Both the position numbers and the translations under genes were made by a program. A DNA stretch of 64,000 bases from an uncultured Planctomycetota bacterium (GTDB taxonomy: Bacteria; Planctomycetota; PLA2; JAEUHO01). The number at the start of each line of letters is the position of its first letter. The stretch's first letter is position 1. Positions 9,552 through 19,034 of the stretch are shown in pieces. The notes under the pieces are model-generated. The model ran no database searches, was not told the DNA's origin, and saw only the letters and a list, made by a program, of their open reading frames with translations. The stretch spans positions 2,208,001 through 2,272,000 of the forward strand of contig CAVVXN010000005.1 in NCBI GenBank assembly GCA_963752285.1, written 5' to 3'.

Positions 9552-10445
9552 TCAAACGCTGCGGGCGAGGAGGGTCAGGCGCTCCACGCAGCCGCGGGCG
9601 ATCGCCGCGGCGTCGAGCCACGGGGGCGGATCCTGGAGGTCGCAGAGCTCGCAGATCGTCGAGCAGAGATCGACGCGCGCGAGGTCCATCGACCGACCGG
9701 TCGTCCTCTCGTAGCGCCTCGCCGCGCGGCGGACCAGGTCGTTCGAGACCATGTGGAGCGGCGCGAGCTCGCCGTGCACGTCGCCGATCGCGGCGTCGCC
9801 GAAGTCGAAGAGCCCGACGAGCCGCCGCGCCTCCCGGTCGAAGGCCATGTTCCAGCCGTGCGCGTCGAAGTAGCCGAAGACCGGGTCCCCCGCCGGCACG
9901 GCGAGCGAGGGGGAGCGCTCGATCGCCTCGCGGGCGAAGGGGACGAGATCCCGGGGCAGCCGCGGCAGCACGTCCCGCAGACGATCGGGGCCGGGGAGCG
10001 GGGGAAGGGGCCCGGCGCCGAGCGCCCGCGCCTCGGCGAGGGGGATCTCGTGGAGCGTCGCGAAGAGGGCGACCACCCCCTCGGCGACCCCGTCGCGCTC
10101 CGCGGGCGCGAGTCGCTCGTAGTCCGGGGCGAGGAGGTGGTCGCCCGGGATCTTCCGGTGGAACGAGAAGGGCCACGGGCCGTCCCGGAGCCGGGGGCGG
10201 GGCGTCTCGACCGGCAGGGCCGGGACCCGCGCGCAGATCCGCACCTCGCGTCCGAGCGTCCGGAGCGCCCGGGCGTCTCGCGGGAAGCGGACGATCCACC
10301 GGCCGTCGTCCACGGCGACCGAGTCCCAGCCCGTGTCGTTCGCGCGAGCCCGCCCCGCGTCGAACCCGGGAAGGCGCGGCGTGACCACCCGCGCGAGGAA
10401 CGCGGGCGTCACGTCGCTCGGTCGGCGGACGAAGCTCGGTGCCAT
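9552..10445 (-). CDS. Aminoglycoside phosphotransferase (APH) family kinase
   Basis: GWDS loop, WIVRFPR, catalytic-loop variant YFDAHGWN, GLFDFGDA. Confidence 0.8.
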   Translation of the reverse strand: MAPSFVRRPSDVTPAFLARVVTPRLPGFDAGRARANDTGWDSVAVDDGRWIVRFPRDARALRTLGREVRICARVPALPVETPRPRLRDGPWPFSFHRKIPGDHLLAPDYERLAPAERDGVAEGVVALFATLHEIPLAEARALGAGPLPPLPGPDRLRDVLPRLPRDLVPFAREAIERSPSLAVPAGDPVFGYFDAHGWNMAFDREARRLVGLFDFGDAAIGDVHGELAPLHMVSNDLVRRAARRYERTTGRSMDLARVDLCSTICELCDLQDPPPWLDAAAIARGCVERLTLLARSV

Positions 10446-10503
10446 GGGGCGGGCGGTCTCCCTCTCCCGTGCGGGGGGCGCAAGACGAGCGTATCCTCCC
10501 GGC

Positions 10504-10971
10504 GTGAGCGACCCGCCGTGCTGGCTGCTCTCGAAGCGCCTCCGCGACCTCGCCCGGGAGGTGGCCGCGGCTCCCGACCCGGCGTCGGCCGAGGCGGTCT
10601 GGCGCCAGATGGACCTCGCGATCGCCGAGGCGGGCGCCGAGGACGACGAGGACCTGGTGCTGCCGGTCCTCGTGCGGAGCCTCCCGGACCTCGAGGCGCG
10701 CTTCGCGGCCTGGGACCGAGGCGACGCGCCCCTCCCCGCGCCCGACAAGGCGCTCCTGAAGCGCGCGATGAACGCCTTCCGCCGGCGACTCAAGCTGACT
10801 CGACTCGACGACGAGGTCACGGCGTCGAGGAACCCGCTCAGCCGGGGCGGGACGTCGTCGATCTGCGGCGTACGCCCGCCGGAGCAGTACCCCCCGGAGG
10901 TGTGGGAGATCCTCGTCCGCCAGGGACGGCTCCGCGACGGCGGGCACGGGCTCCTCGAGCCCGCCGAGTAG
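10504..10971 (+). CDS. Conserved hypothetical protein (Planctomycete-type, LKRAMNAFRRRLKLTRLDDE motif)
   Basis: GTG start 6 nt after TATCCT; coherent protein-like sequence; C-terminal domain recalled from Planctomycete hypotheticals. Confidence 0.7.
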   Translation: MSDPPCWLLSKRLRDLAREVAAAPDPASAEAVWRQMDLAIAEAGAEDDEDLVLPVLVRSLPDLEARFAAWDRGDAPLPAPDKALLKRAMNAFRRRLKLTRLDDEVTASRNPLSRGGTSSICGVRPPEQYPPEVWEILVRQGRLRDGGHGLLEPAE

Positions 10972-11006
10972 CGATCCGCGCCGTGTGCTCCTCGCGCGCC
11001 GCGATC

Positions 11007-11711
11007 GTGGGACCCTCTCGCACCGACCTGTCGTGTCACGGCGGCGGTCGAGACGCGCCCGACCCCGAGGTGTTCACGTACACGCCGCGCATCTTGCGGT
11101 TCTACGACGTCGCGGTCCACGGGTTGATGTTCCCGATGGTGTGGCGCTGTCCCGGGCGCCGGCTGCTCCGCCCGTACCGGGAGCTCCTCGCGGCCCGCCA
11201 CCTCGAGATCGGCGTGGGCACCGGCTACCTGCTCCGCCACGGTCGGTGGCCGACGAGGACGCCCCAGGTGGTGCTCCTCGACCGCAGCGCCTTCCCCCTC
11301 GAGGCCACGCGGCGCCGCATCGCGAACCTCCGGCCGACGACGGTCCTCGCCGACGCGATCGAGCCCTTCCCCGACCTCGGGGCGCCCTTCGGCTCCGTCG
11401 GGATGAGCCTCCTCCTCCACTGCCTCCCGGGGCCCCTCGCGAACAAGGCGCGGGTCTTCGACCACGTGCGCCCCTGGATGGCGCCCGGCGCGGTGGTCTT
11501 CGGAGCCACGGTGCTCGGTAAGACCCGACGGACGACGAGGCGACGGCGCCTCGCCCTCGCCTACATGAACCGGAGGGGGATCTTCTCGAACCGAGAGGAC
11601 GACCTCGACGGCCTCCGGCAGGAGCTCGACCGACGCTTCCCGAGCGTCCGGGTCGAACGGATCGGGCAGGTCGCCTGCTTCGAGGCGCGAAGTTGGTCCG
11701 ATACCGCATAG
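11007..11711 (+). CDS. Class I SAM-dependent methyltransferase (start uncertain, GTG 11007 or 11070)
   Basis: HLEIGVGTGY motif I, VLLD motif II, LLHCLPG, GIFSNRED. Confidence 0.82.
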   Translation: MGPSRTDLSCHGGGRDAPDPEVFTYTPRILRFYDVAVHGLMFPMVWRCPGRRLLRPYRELLAARHLEIGVGTGYLLRHGRWPTRTPQVVLLDRSAFPLEATRRRIANLRPTTVLADAIEPFPDLGAPFGSVGMSLLLHCLPGPLANKARVFDHVRPWMAPGAVVFGATVLGKTRRTTRRRRLALAYMNRRGIFSNREDDLDGLRQELDRRFPSVRVERIGQVACFEARSWSDTA

Positions 11712-11721
11712 GCTCTCGGAC

Positions 11722-12711
11722 GTGCCGTCTCGCTCCCGCGCCCCGTCCACCCCCCTGCTCGTCCTCTGGACGCTCGTCCTGTTCGGGGTGTGGAGCCACT
11801 CCTTCATCGCGATCGGCTACCTCCTCGGCAGCGAGAAGGTCCCGGCTCGCTTCGACTGGCTCTCCCTCACCGTGGCGAGGTTCGTCCCCGTGCTCTTCGC
11901 GCTCCTGCCGGTCGTGCTGGGTCCCTGGCGGCGGGAGACGGTGCGCGTCGTCCGTCGGCGGTGGCGGCGACTCCTGGTGTGCGGGCTGCTCGCCGTGCCG
12001 GGCTACGCCTTCGCGCTCTACTTCGGACAACAGCACGGCGTGCCGCCCCCCATCGCCTCGCTCGAGACGGCGCTCGCTCCCCTGTTCCTGATGATGCTCG
12101 GCGCGGGGTTCCTCGGCGAACGGCTGTCGACGAAGAAGCTCCTCGGGTTCGCCGTCGCGCTCGCGGGTCTCGCGTTGATCGCGACCGCGAAGGAGGGGGG
12201 CGAGAAGGCGACGTACGCGGTGGTCGTCGGCATCACGGCCCTCGCGCCGCTCCAGTGGGCCGTCCACTCCGTGCTCACGAAGGCCGTGAGCCACGAGTGC
12301 GCCCCGGCGCTCTGGGCCTACCTCGTCCTCGTCTTCGGCTCCTTCCCTCTGCTCTTCGTGCTCCCGTTCCACGGCGCGCGGGAGATGGCGCACCTCGACG
12401 CGAGCGGCTGGGCCGCGCTCCTCTTCCTCTCGCTCTTCTGCACCGTGTTCGGGAACGCCGCCTGGACCTGGCTCGTCAAGCACCTCCCGGCCTCGACCGT
12501 CGGCTTCACGATCTTCCTGAACCCGCCGCTCACGACCACGAGCAAGGCCGTGCTCGCCGCGGCGCTGCCCGCGACGTTCGCCTTCCAGATCGTCCCGCTC
12601 GAGTGGGTGGGCAGCGCGATCGTGCTGGTGGGCATGGCCGTGGCGCTCGTGCGCCGCCGCGGCCGCTCGACGGCCCCGTTCCCCGATCCCGCGGTCCCGG
12701 TGGGCGAGTAG
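11722..12711 (+). CDS. DMT/EamA family transporter
   Basis: About 10 hydrophobic helices in two repeats; FLGERLS, LNPP motifs. Confidence 0.88.
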   Translation: MPSRSRAPSTPLLVLWTLVLFGVWSHSFIAIGYLLGSEKVPARFDWLSLTVARFVPVLFALLPVVLGPWRRETVRVVRRRWRRLLVCGLLAVPGYAFALYFGQQHGVPPPIASLETALAPLFLMMLGAGFLGERLSTKKLLGFAVALAGLALIATAKEGGEKATYAVVVGITALAPLQWAVHSVLTKAVSHECAPALWAYLVLVFGSFPLLFVLPFHGAREMAHLDASGWAALLFLSLFCTVFGNAAWTWLVKHLPASTVGFTIFLNPPLTTTSKAVLAAALPATFAFQIVPLEWVGSAIVLVGMAVALVRRRGRSTAPFPDPAVPVGE

Positions 12712-12716
12712 GCCGG

Positions 12717-13444
12717 CTACGCGTGGCGGTTCTTGACCCGGAGCTCCTGGAGCCGGCCGGCCGGGTCCACGGCCTTCACCGCCGCCGCGACCCGGTTCTC
12801 CGGGTGGAGGGCCTCCCAGTACGCGTCGAGCACCCCGATCGGCCGGCCCTCGAGGGGCAGCAGGAGCGGGTCGCCCGCGAACGAGGGGAGCGGCGTGCCG
12901 TCCCCCCGGTACGTCGTGAGCCCGTAGCCGAAGCCGGGCGACGGCGTGGCGGGCCGGTAGACGTACCGGTCCGTCCGGCCCGAGTCGATCGGGTTCGCCT
13001 TGAGGATCCCGAGCTCGATCCGTCCCTCGCCCCGGCGGAAGTCGAGGAGCCCGGCGATCCGCGGCGTGTAGTTGGGCGCATCGGGCTCTCGCTCGCGGGT
13101 GCCGAGCGCGGCCGCGAAGCTCCCCCCGCGCCGATCGAGTCCACGATCGTCTTCGTCTGGTCGCCGTTCGAGACCACCTGCACCCTCTCGAGGGCGAGCA
13201 TCGCGTCGTAGAGGATCAGGCTCGGGTCCTTAACGAGGCTCGGGTCCACGGCCTCGGTGTAGAGCCGGTCGCCCTCGGTCCGCAGGCGCCGGTTCCGCGA
13301 GCTCTCGCTCCGTCCCATCAGGAAGTAGACGAGGAGCCAGCCCGGCGCGTCGGAGCGCCGCCCGACGACGAGCCCGCGCCCGGGGTAGGGGTTCTCGACC
13401 AGGTGGCGATCGAACGCCTCCCGTGCGACGGACCTCGCGTCCAT
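12717..13444 (-). pseudogene. IMP cyclohydrolase-like protein (PurO-like fold), frameshifted at a G6 run
   Basis: ATG 13444 with GAGGAG RBS. N-half has NPYPGRG, YFLMGRSESSRNR, VSNGDQT. C-half in another frame has EPDAPNYTPRI, TTYRGDGTPLPSF. Length 728 nt; one extra G at 13122-13127 restores the frame. Confidence 0.8.
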
Positions 13445-13624
13445 GGCGCGCTCCTCGTGCCGGTCTCCCGGCGCCGTGCCTCCCGCCGAGAGTCTACCGG
13501 CGTTGTCCCGCGGCACGCCGGGGGATCGGAACGTCCCGAGCCGGCGTGGGCGGCCCCCGCCCGGGGTAGGGGGTCCGCCCGCCGTCCTGCAAGATGTCGG
13601 CTTCGCCTCGACGGAGGTCCCACC

Positions 13625-14557
13625 GTGTCGATCTTCGACCGCCTGGTCGCCGCCACGATCCCGATCACGCCCAAGTTCGTCGTGGGGCGCGTCGCGCGCC
13701 GCTACATCGCCGGCGAGACGATCGAGGACGCGATCGAGACGATCCGCGGGCTCAACGCCTCGGGTGCGCTCGCGACCGTGGACGTCCTCGGCGAGTTCAT
13801 CCACGAGTTTTGCGAGGCCGAGGCGACGGCGCGCGGCTACGAGGCGGCGCTCGACGCCATCCACCGCGAGAAGCTCGAGAGCAACGTGTCCGTGAAGCTC
13901 ACGGCGCTCGGTCTCCTGCTCGACGAGGAGCGGTGCACCGACCTCGTCCGAGGCATCGCGAGCCGAGCCGCGGACCAGGGAAGCTTCGTGCGCGTGGACA
14001 TGGAGGACTCGCCCGTCACCGAACGAACCCTCCGCCTCGTCCGCCGCCTCTTCTCGGAGGGCCTTCCCGTCGGCGCCGTGCTGCAGGCATACCTGCACCG
14101 CACCGTGGACGACGCGCGCGCGCTGGGGCAAGAGGGCATCTCCGTCCGGCTCTGCAAGGGCATCTACCGGGAACCACCCGAGATCGCCTTCCAGGACCGG
14201 GAGGCGATCCGCGACTCCTACCGCCGCGCGCTGGCTGCGCTCCTCGAGGGGCGGGGGGGCGTCGGGATCGCGACGCACGACGAGGTGCTGGTCGAAGACG
14301 CGCGCCGCGCCGTCGGGGCGCGGAGGACGCCGCCCGCGCGCTACGAGTTCCAGATGCTCCTCGGTGTCCGCGAGTGGCTCCGGGAGGAGCTGATCCACAG
14401 CGGCGAGAGCGTCCGGGTCTACGTGCCGTTCGGAACCCACTGGTACGGGTACTCGACCCGGCGGCTCCGGGAGAACCCCAGCGTCGCGGGACACGTCATG
14501 AAGGCGCTCCTCGGCCTGGACCGCGCGAAGGGAAGGCGCTCCCCCCACGCCCCGTAG
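13625..14557 (+). CDS. Monofunctional proline dehydrogenase
   Basis: GGAGG RBS and GTG; RYIAGE, SVKLT, VDMED, LQAYL, VRLCKGIY, IATHD, EFQMLLG, VYVPFG, RRLREN. Confidence 0.93.
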   Translation: MSIFDRLVAATIPITPKFVVGRVARRYIAGETIEDAIETIRGLNASGALATVDVLGEFIHEFCEAEATARGYEAALDAIHREKLESNVSVKLTALGLLLDEERCTDLVRGIASRAADQGSFVRVDMEDSPVTERTLRLVRRLFSEGLPVGAVLQAYLHRTVDDARALGQEGISVRLCKGIYREPPEIAFQDREAIRDSYRRALAALLEGRGGVGIATHDEVLVEDARRAVGARRTPPARYEFQMLLGVREWLREELIHSGESVRVYVPFGTHWYGYSTRRLRENPSVAGHVMKALLGLDRAKGRRSPHAP

Positions 14558-14601
14558 CCCTGCGGCTTGGTCGGCGGGGGGGGACGCGGTACGCTTCCGG
14601 C

Positions 14602-15006
14602 ATGGGGGGGAGGCGCTCCGATCCGCTTCGGTGGGCCGCGCTGATCGCGCTGGTCGCGCTCGTGGTCTTGGGCGTGCTGCACTTCGCGAGGCCGGCGGGC
14701 GAGGGCGGGCAGACGCCGGGACCGAGACGGCGGGCGCCCGCGGACGCGTACGTCGGGCCGCGGTCCTTCGACGACGAGGCGGCGAGCGACGTGCTCGCGA
14801 CCGTCGCGGCCAGCCTCGGCCGCGCGCTCGCCCCCACCGACGCGGCGAGGGCGGCGCTCCAGGACGTTCGCGTCACCCTGGAGCTCGAGGAGACGACGGG
14901 GGCGGCGCTCCTGGACCGCCTGCTCCATCCGCGCGGCCTCGTGTGGATGGCCGACGACCCCACGACGCTGTGGATCGGAACCAAGGACGAGCGCCCGGGC
15001 CGTTGA
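14602..15006 (+). CDS. Membrane-anchored hypothetical protein with STN-like domain
   Basis: N-terminal TM helix WAALIALVALVVLGVLHF; C-terminal VTLELEETTGAALLDRLLHPRGLVW. Confidence 0.6.
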   Translation: MGGRRSDPLRWAALIALVALVVLGVLHFARPAGEGGQTPGPRRRAPADAYVGPRSFDDEAASDVLATVAASLGRALAPTDAARAALQDVRVTLELEETTGAALLDRLLHPRGLVWMADDPTTLWIGTKDERPGR

Positions 15007-15180
15007 CCGGGACCGGGCCGCGCCCGTCCCGGCGCGCCAAGGCCACCGTGGACCGCGCGCCGCGCGTTCGAACGCACGCGCCCGCCGGGCGCCGCGGACG
15101 AAGGGCCCGCGGCCCGGCCCCTCGCCGCCCCGGGGGCGCGGCGGGCGTACGCTCGTCGTCCGCACGCGAGAGGGACCGAC

Positions 15181-16545
15181 GTGATCACCACCACCAACCC
15201 CGCGACCGGCGAGGTCCTCGGCACGTACGACACGCTCGACGACGACGCGCTCGACCGCGCGATCGAGGCCACCGCGGCCGCCTGGCCCCGGTGGAGCGAG
15301 ACGTCGTTCGAGGCCCGTGCGGAGGTCCTCTGCCGCGCGGCGAAAGCGCTCCGCGACGACGCCTCCGCGCACGCACGACGCATGGCGGACGAGATGGGGA
15401 AGCCCGTGCGCGAGGGCCGCGCCGAGGCGGAGAAGTGCGCGTGGGTGCTCGAGGCGTACGCGGAGAACGGCGAGGCGTTCCTGGCGTCCGAGCAGGTCGA
15501 AACCGACGCAACGAGGAGCTTCGTCGCGTTCCGGCCGCTCGGCGTCGTCTTGGCGGTGATGCCGTGGAACTTCCCGTACTGGCAGGTGTTCCGGTTCGCC
15601 GCCCCGGCACTGATGGCGGGGAACGCGGGGCTCCTCAAGCACGCGTCGAACGTCCCGGGCTGCGCGCAGGCCATCGAGGACGTCTTCCGCGACGCGGGCC
15701 TGCCCGAGCACGTGTTCCGGTCGATCCGCATCCCCGGCGAGCGCGTCGGGCGCGCGATCGAACACCCCCGCGTGGCGGCGGTGACGCTCACCGGGAGCAC
15801 GCCCGCGGGACGGTCGGTCGCGGGGGCGGCCGGCCGCGCGCTCAAGAAGACCGTGCTGGAGCTGGGCGGGAGCGACCCGTACGTGATCCTCGCCGACGCC
15901 GACGTCGAGCACGCGGCCGCCGTGGCCGCGAAGAGCCGCTGCATCAACTCGGGACAGTCGTGCATCGCCGCGAAGCGCTTCGTCGTCGAGGCGCCGCTCG
16001 TGGCGCGCTTCGAGAGGCTGCTCGTCGAACGCATGGGCGCCCTCCGCATGGGCGACCCGCGCGACGAGGCGACGGACGTCGGGCCGCTCGCGCGGGCGGA
16101 CCTCCGCGACGACCTCCACCGCCAGGTCTCGGAGAGCGTCGAGAGAGGCGCACGGTGCCTGCTGGGCGGCGAGGTCCCCGCGGGCCCCGGCGCGTACTAC
16201 CCCCCCACCGTTCTCGCCGGCGTGGGCCCCGGGATGCCGGCGTACGACGAGGAGACGTTCGGCCCGGTGGCCGCGGTGATCCCCGCCGAGGACGAGGCCG
16301 ACGCGATCCGCATCGCGAACGACACGGTGTTCGGGCTCGGCGCCGCGGTGTTCACGAGCGACGCCGCGCGCGGCGAACGCATCGCCACCCACGCGCTCGA
16401 CGCCGGCTGCTGCTTCGTGAACGACCTCGTGCGATCCGATCCCCGCCTCCCCTTCGGCGGCATCAAGGAGAGCGGCTACGGCCGCGAGCTCTCCCGCTAC
16501 GGGATCCGCGAGTTCGTGAACGTGAAGACGGTCTGGATCCGCTGA
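15181..16545 (+). CDS. NAD(P)-dependent succinate-semialdehyde dehydrogenase-type aldehyde dehydrogenase
   Basis: MPWNFP, LKHA, TLTGS, LELGGSDP, NSGQSC, EETFGPV, PFGGIKESGYGRE. Confidence 0.93.
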   Translation: MITTTNPATGEVLGTYDTLDDDALDRAIEATAAAWPRWSETSFEARAEVLCRAAKALRDDASAHARRMADEMGKPVREGRAEAEKCAWVLEAYAENGEAFLASEQVETDATRSFVAFRPLGVVLAVMPWNFPYWQVFRFAAPALMAGNAGLLKHASNVPGCAQAIEDVFRDAGLPEHVFRSIRIPGERVGRAIEHPRVAAVTLTGSTPAGRSVAGAAGRALKKTVLELGGSDPYVILADADVEHAAAVAAKSRCINSGQSCIAAKRFVVEAPLVARFERLLVERMGALRMGDPRDEATDVGPLARADLRDDLHRQVSESVERGARCLLGGEVPAGPGAYYPPTVLAGVGPGMPAYDEETFGPVAAVIPAEDEADAIRIANDTVFGLGAAVFTSDAARGERIATHALDAGCCFVNDLVRSDPRLPFGGIKESGYGRELSRYGIREFVNVKTVWIR

Positions 16546-16646
16546 CCCGCGGTCCCGGCGCGCCCTCGCGCACATCCGGCCGGGGTCCGCCTCGTCGTCT
16601 TCCGACCCGCCGCCCCGCATACGCTGGCGGCGACGAACGGAGACGC

Positions 16647-17807
16647 ATGCGCGAAGCGACACGGACGCCGGAGGGGCTCGTCGTGGTGCCGCTCCCCCAC
16701 CCGCAGGGCTGCCGCACCTACCTCGTCGGCGACCCCGCGTCGAAGGAAGCGCTCGTCGTGGACCCGCACCTCGACGGCGTCTCGGATCTCGTGCGCGAGG
16801 GCGCGGGTCGCGGCTGGCGTCTCCGGTGGATCGTGGACACGCACACCCACGCCGACCATCCGTCGGGCGCCGCGGCGCTCGCGAGCGGGAACGCCGCGAC
16901 GCGCGTGGCGCACGCACGCGCGGGCCACGCGGGGGTCACGCACTTCCCCGACGACGACGAGCCCCTCGCCCTCGGCGACCGCGCGCTGGTCGTCCGTCAC
17001 GCGCCGGGGCACACGTCCGACCACCTGGTGCTCGTCGCGCCGGGCGCGTTGTTCTCGGGCGACTCGCTCCTGCTGGGCGCGGTCGCGCGCGCGGACTTCC
17101 TCGGTGGCGACGCCGGCGCGCTCTTCGACAGTCTGGAGCGCGTCGTCGGTCCACTCGCCGACGACACGACGGTGTTCCCGGGCCACGACTACGCCGGGCG
17201 CGTGTCCGGCCGTCTCGGTGAGGAGCGGCGCACGAACCCCTGGCTCGCGCTCCCCGACCGCGACGCGTTCGTGCGCGCCCTCGAGGCGAACCGTCCGCCC
17301 CGACCCGCGAACATGGCGGCCCTCCTCCGCTGGAACCGGGAGGGCCGCGCGCTCCCGGTGTCGGTGGACGCCGCGGAGGTCGTGGCGATCGTTCGGTCCG
17401 GCGGCGCGGGCTCGATCATCGACGTCCGGACGGACCCGGAGGTGGAGGGCGCGCACGTCCCGGGCTCGCGCCACGTCGTGCTGGACGAGCTCCCCGACCG
17501 GGTCCGGGAGATCCTCGAGACGCCCGCCCCCCGGCTCCTCCTCTGTCACGTCGGGCAGCGCGCGGAGCTGGCGCGTCGGTGGCTCTCCGCCCAGGGCGTG
17601 TCCGGGCTCCAGACCGTCGAGGGCGGGATCGCGGCGTACGCCGCCGCGGGGGGTCCCCTCGCCGGCGGGCGGCCCCGGATCTCGGCCTCGGGCGGTTGCG
17701 GCGCCGCCGCGCCCCCGACGGGGGGTGGATGCGCCGCGGCGCCGCCGTCGTTCTCGGACGATGACCACGAAAATCGACTCAAGCCAAAGGGCCCCGCCGC
17801 TCGATAG
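16647..17807 (+). CDS. MBL-fold hydrolase (persulfide dioxygenase-like) fused to a rhodanese domain
   Basis: DTHTHADH, PGHT, SGDSL, PGHDY, then IDVR and active-site loop CHVGQR. GGAG RBS. Confidence 0.85.
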   Translation: MREATRTPEGLVVVPLPHPQGCRTYLVGDPASKEALVVDPHLDGVSDLVREGAGRGWRLRWIVDTHTHADHPSGAAALASGNAATRVAHARAGHAGVTHFPDDDEPLALGDRALVVRHAPGHTSDHLVLVAPGALFSGDSLLLGAVARADFLGGDAGALFDSLERVVGPLADDTTVFPGHDYAGRVSGRLGEERRTNPWLALPDRDAFVRALEANRPPRPANMAALLRWNREGRALPVSVDAAEVVAIVRSGGAGSIIDVRTDPEVEGAHVPGSRHVVLDELPDRVREILETPAPRLLLCHVGQRAELARRWLSAQGVSGLQTVEGGIAAYAAAGGPLAGGRPRISASGGCGAAAPPTGGGCAAAPPSFSDDDHENRLKPKGPAAR

Positions 17808-17879
17808 TGACGGACGCGTGAGACTCGGCCGCTCGGCGGCGGCCGGGGGTGTGGCCCCGGAGGGCCCTGGGAGCCGCCC

Positions 17880-18851
17880 ATGCGTCACTGGATCCTCGGC
17901 GCCGCCGCGTGCGCCTTCGTCGTCCTCGCGGTGGCCCCCGCCGGCGCGGACACGGCCTACGTGAGCACGTACTACAGCACGCTCACGACCATCGACACGA
18001 GCGCGGGTTCCACCAGCTCGTTCTCGTATGCGGGCACCGCCGACACCCGTGGCGCCGCCTTCGACCTCGACGGCACCCTCTACACGACGACGAACGGCGG
18101 GGCGTCGCTCGGCGCCTACGACACGACGACCGGCGCGGTGACGGTGATCGGGAGCCTCCTCGGCGCGGGCTCATTCGACCAGCTCTACGCGATCGACATC
18201 GACTCGAACGGCACGCTCTACGGCGTCACGTGGACGTACGGGTACCTGTACCAGATCGACAAGTCCACGGGCACGCCGACCCAGATCGGCTCGACGGGCG
18301 CGTTCGGCTTCACCGACCTCGCGTTCGACGCGAACGACGTCCTCTGGGGCGTCGCCTCGAACCAGCTCTACACGATCGACGTCTCGACCGGCCAGGCCAC
18401 CCTGCAAGGCTCGATCAGCGGCGTGGCGGCCTACACGTACGTCGAAGGCATCATGTTCGACGCGGCGGGGAACCTGCTCGCGACCACGAGCACGGCGAAC
18501 GCTCCGCTCCTCTACATCGACCTCTCGACGTTCGCCGCGACACAGGTCGCTCTGACCGGCGCCTTCATGCCCTACGCCGGCGACATCTTCGTCCCCGTCG
18601 CCTCGGCGTCGGACGACCCGACCACGGGGGACGAGGGCGACGACGCGGACGGCGAGGACGACGGCTGTGACGGCCACCACCGCCAGGACGGCGCTCACGG
18701 GCACCACGGGCACCACGGGCACCACGGGCACCATGGACGCTTCGGCCCGCACTCGCACGAGAGCCACGGCCACCCGTCCGCGGCGCAACACGGCCACGCC
18801 GCCGCGGCGAGCCACGCCTGCGCCGGGCACGACGCGCACGGCCACCGCTAA
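17880..18851 (+). CDS. Secreted beta-repeat (propeller-like) protein with acidic and His-rich C-terminal tail
   Basis: Signal peptide ending APAGA-D; repeated AFDxxGxLY and LYxIDxSTG units; tail DDGCDGHH...(GHH)4...HGHR. Confidence 0.8.
   Translation: MRHWILGAAACAFVVLAVAPAGADTAYVSTYYSTLTTIDTSAGSTSSFSYAGTADTRGAAFDLDGTLYTTTNGGASLGAYDTTTGAVTVIGSLLGAGSFDQLYAIDIDSNGTLYGVTWTYGYLYQIDKSTGTPTQIGSTGAFGFTDLAFDANDVLWGVASNQLYTIDVSTGQATLQGSISGVAAYTYVEGIMFDAAGNLLATTSTANAPLLYIDLSTFAATQVALTGAFMPYAGDIFVPVASASDDPTTGDEGDDADGEDDGCDGHHRQDGAHGHHGHHGHHGHHGRFGPHSHESHGHPSAAQHGHAAAASHACAGHDAHGHR
18696..18731 (+). repeat. 9-bp tandem repeat (CACGGGCAC)4 encoding GHH repeats
   Basis: Read directly from the sequence. 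Confidence 0.9.
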
Positions 18852-19034
18852 CGACGGTCGGGCGCGACCCCGTCGCGCCGCCTTCGTCTCCTCGCCCGAC
18901 CCGGCGCGCTGGACCTGCCGGCCCCGACCGGTGGGCCCCGAAGGGACGACCGCGCCCGTCGCGGGTTCCATGTCCCGGTCCGGGCCCTGGCGCGCCACCG
19001 CGCGCGGCCCCGGTCACGGGAGGCGCGGTCCCCG

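Noticed and set aside
9552..10445. APH gene as a bona fide antibiotic-resistance determinant
   Set aside because: Only family-level kinase motifs with a variant catalytic loop; no mobile context and the substrate cannot be inferred.
13625..16545. Proline dehydrogenase plus aldehyde dehydrogenase as a split PutA pathway
   Set aside because: The aldehyde dehydrogenase has SSADH-type motifs and length rather than P5C dehydrogenase features, and an unrelated gene intervenes.
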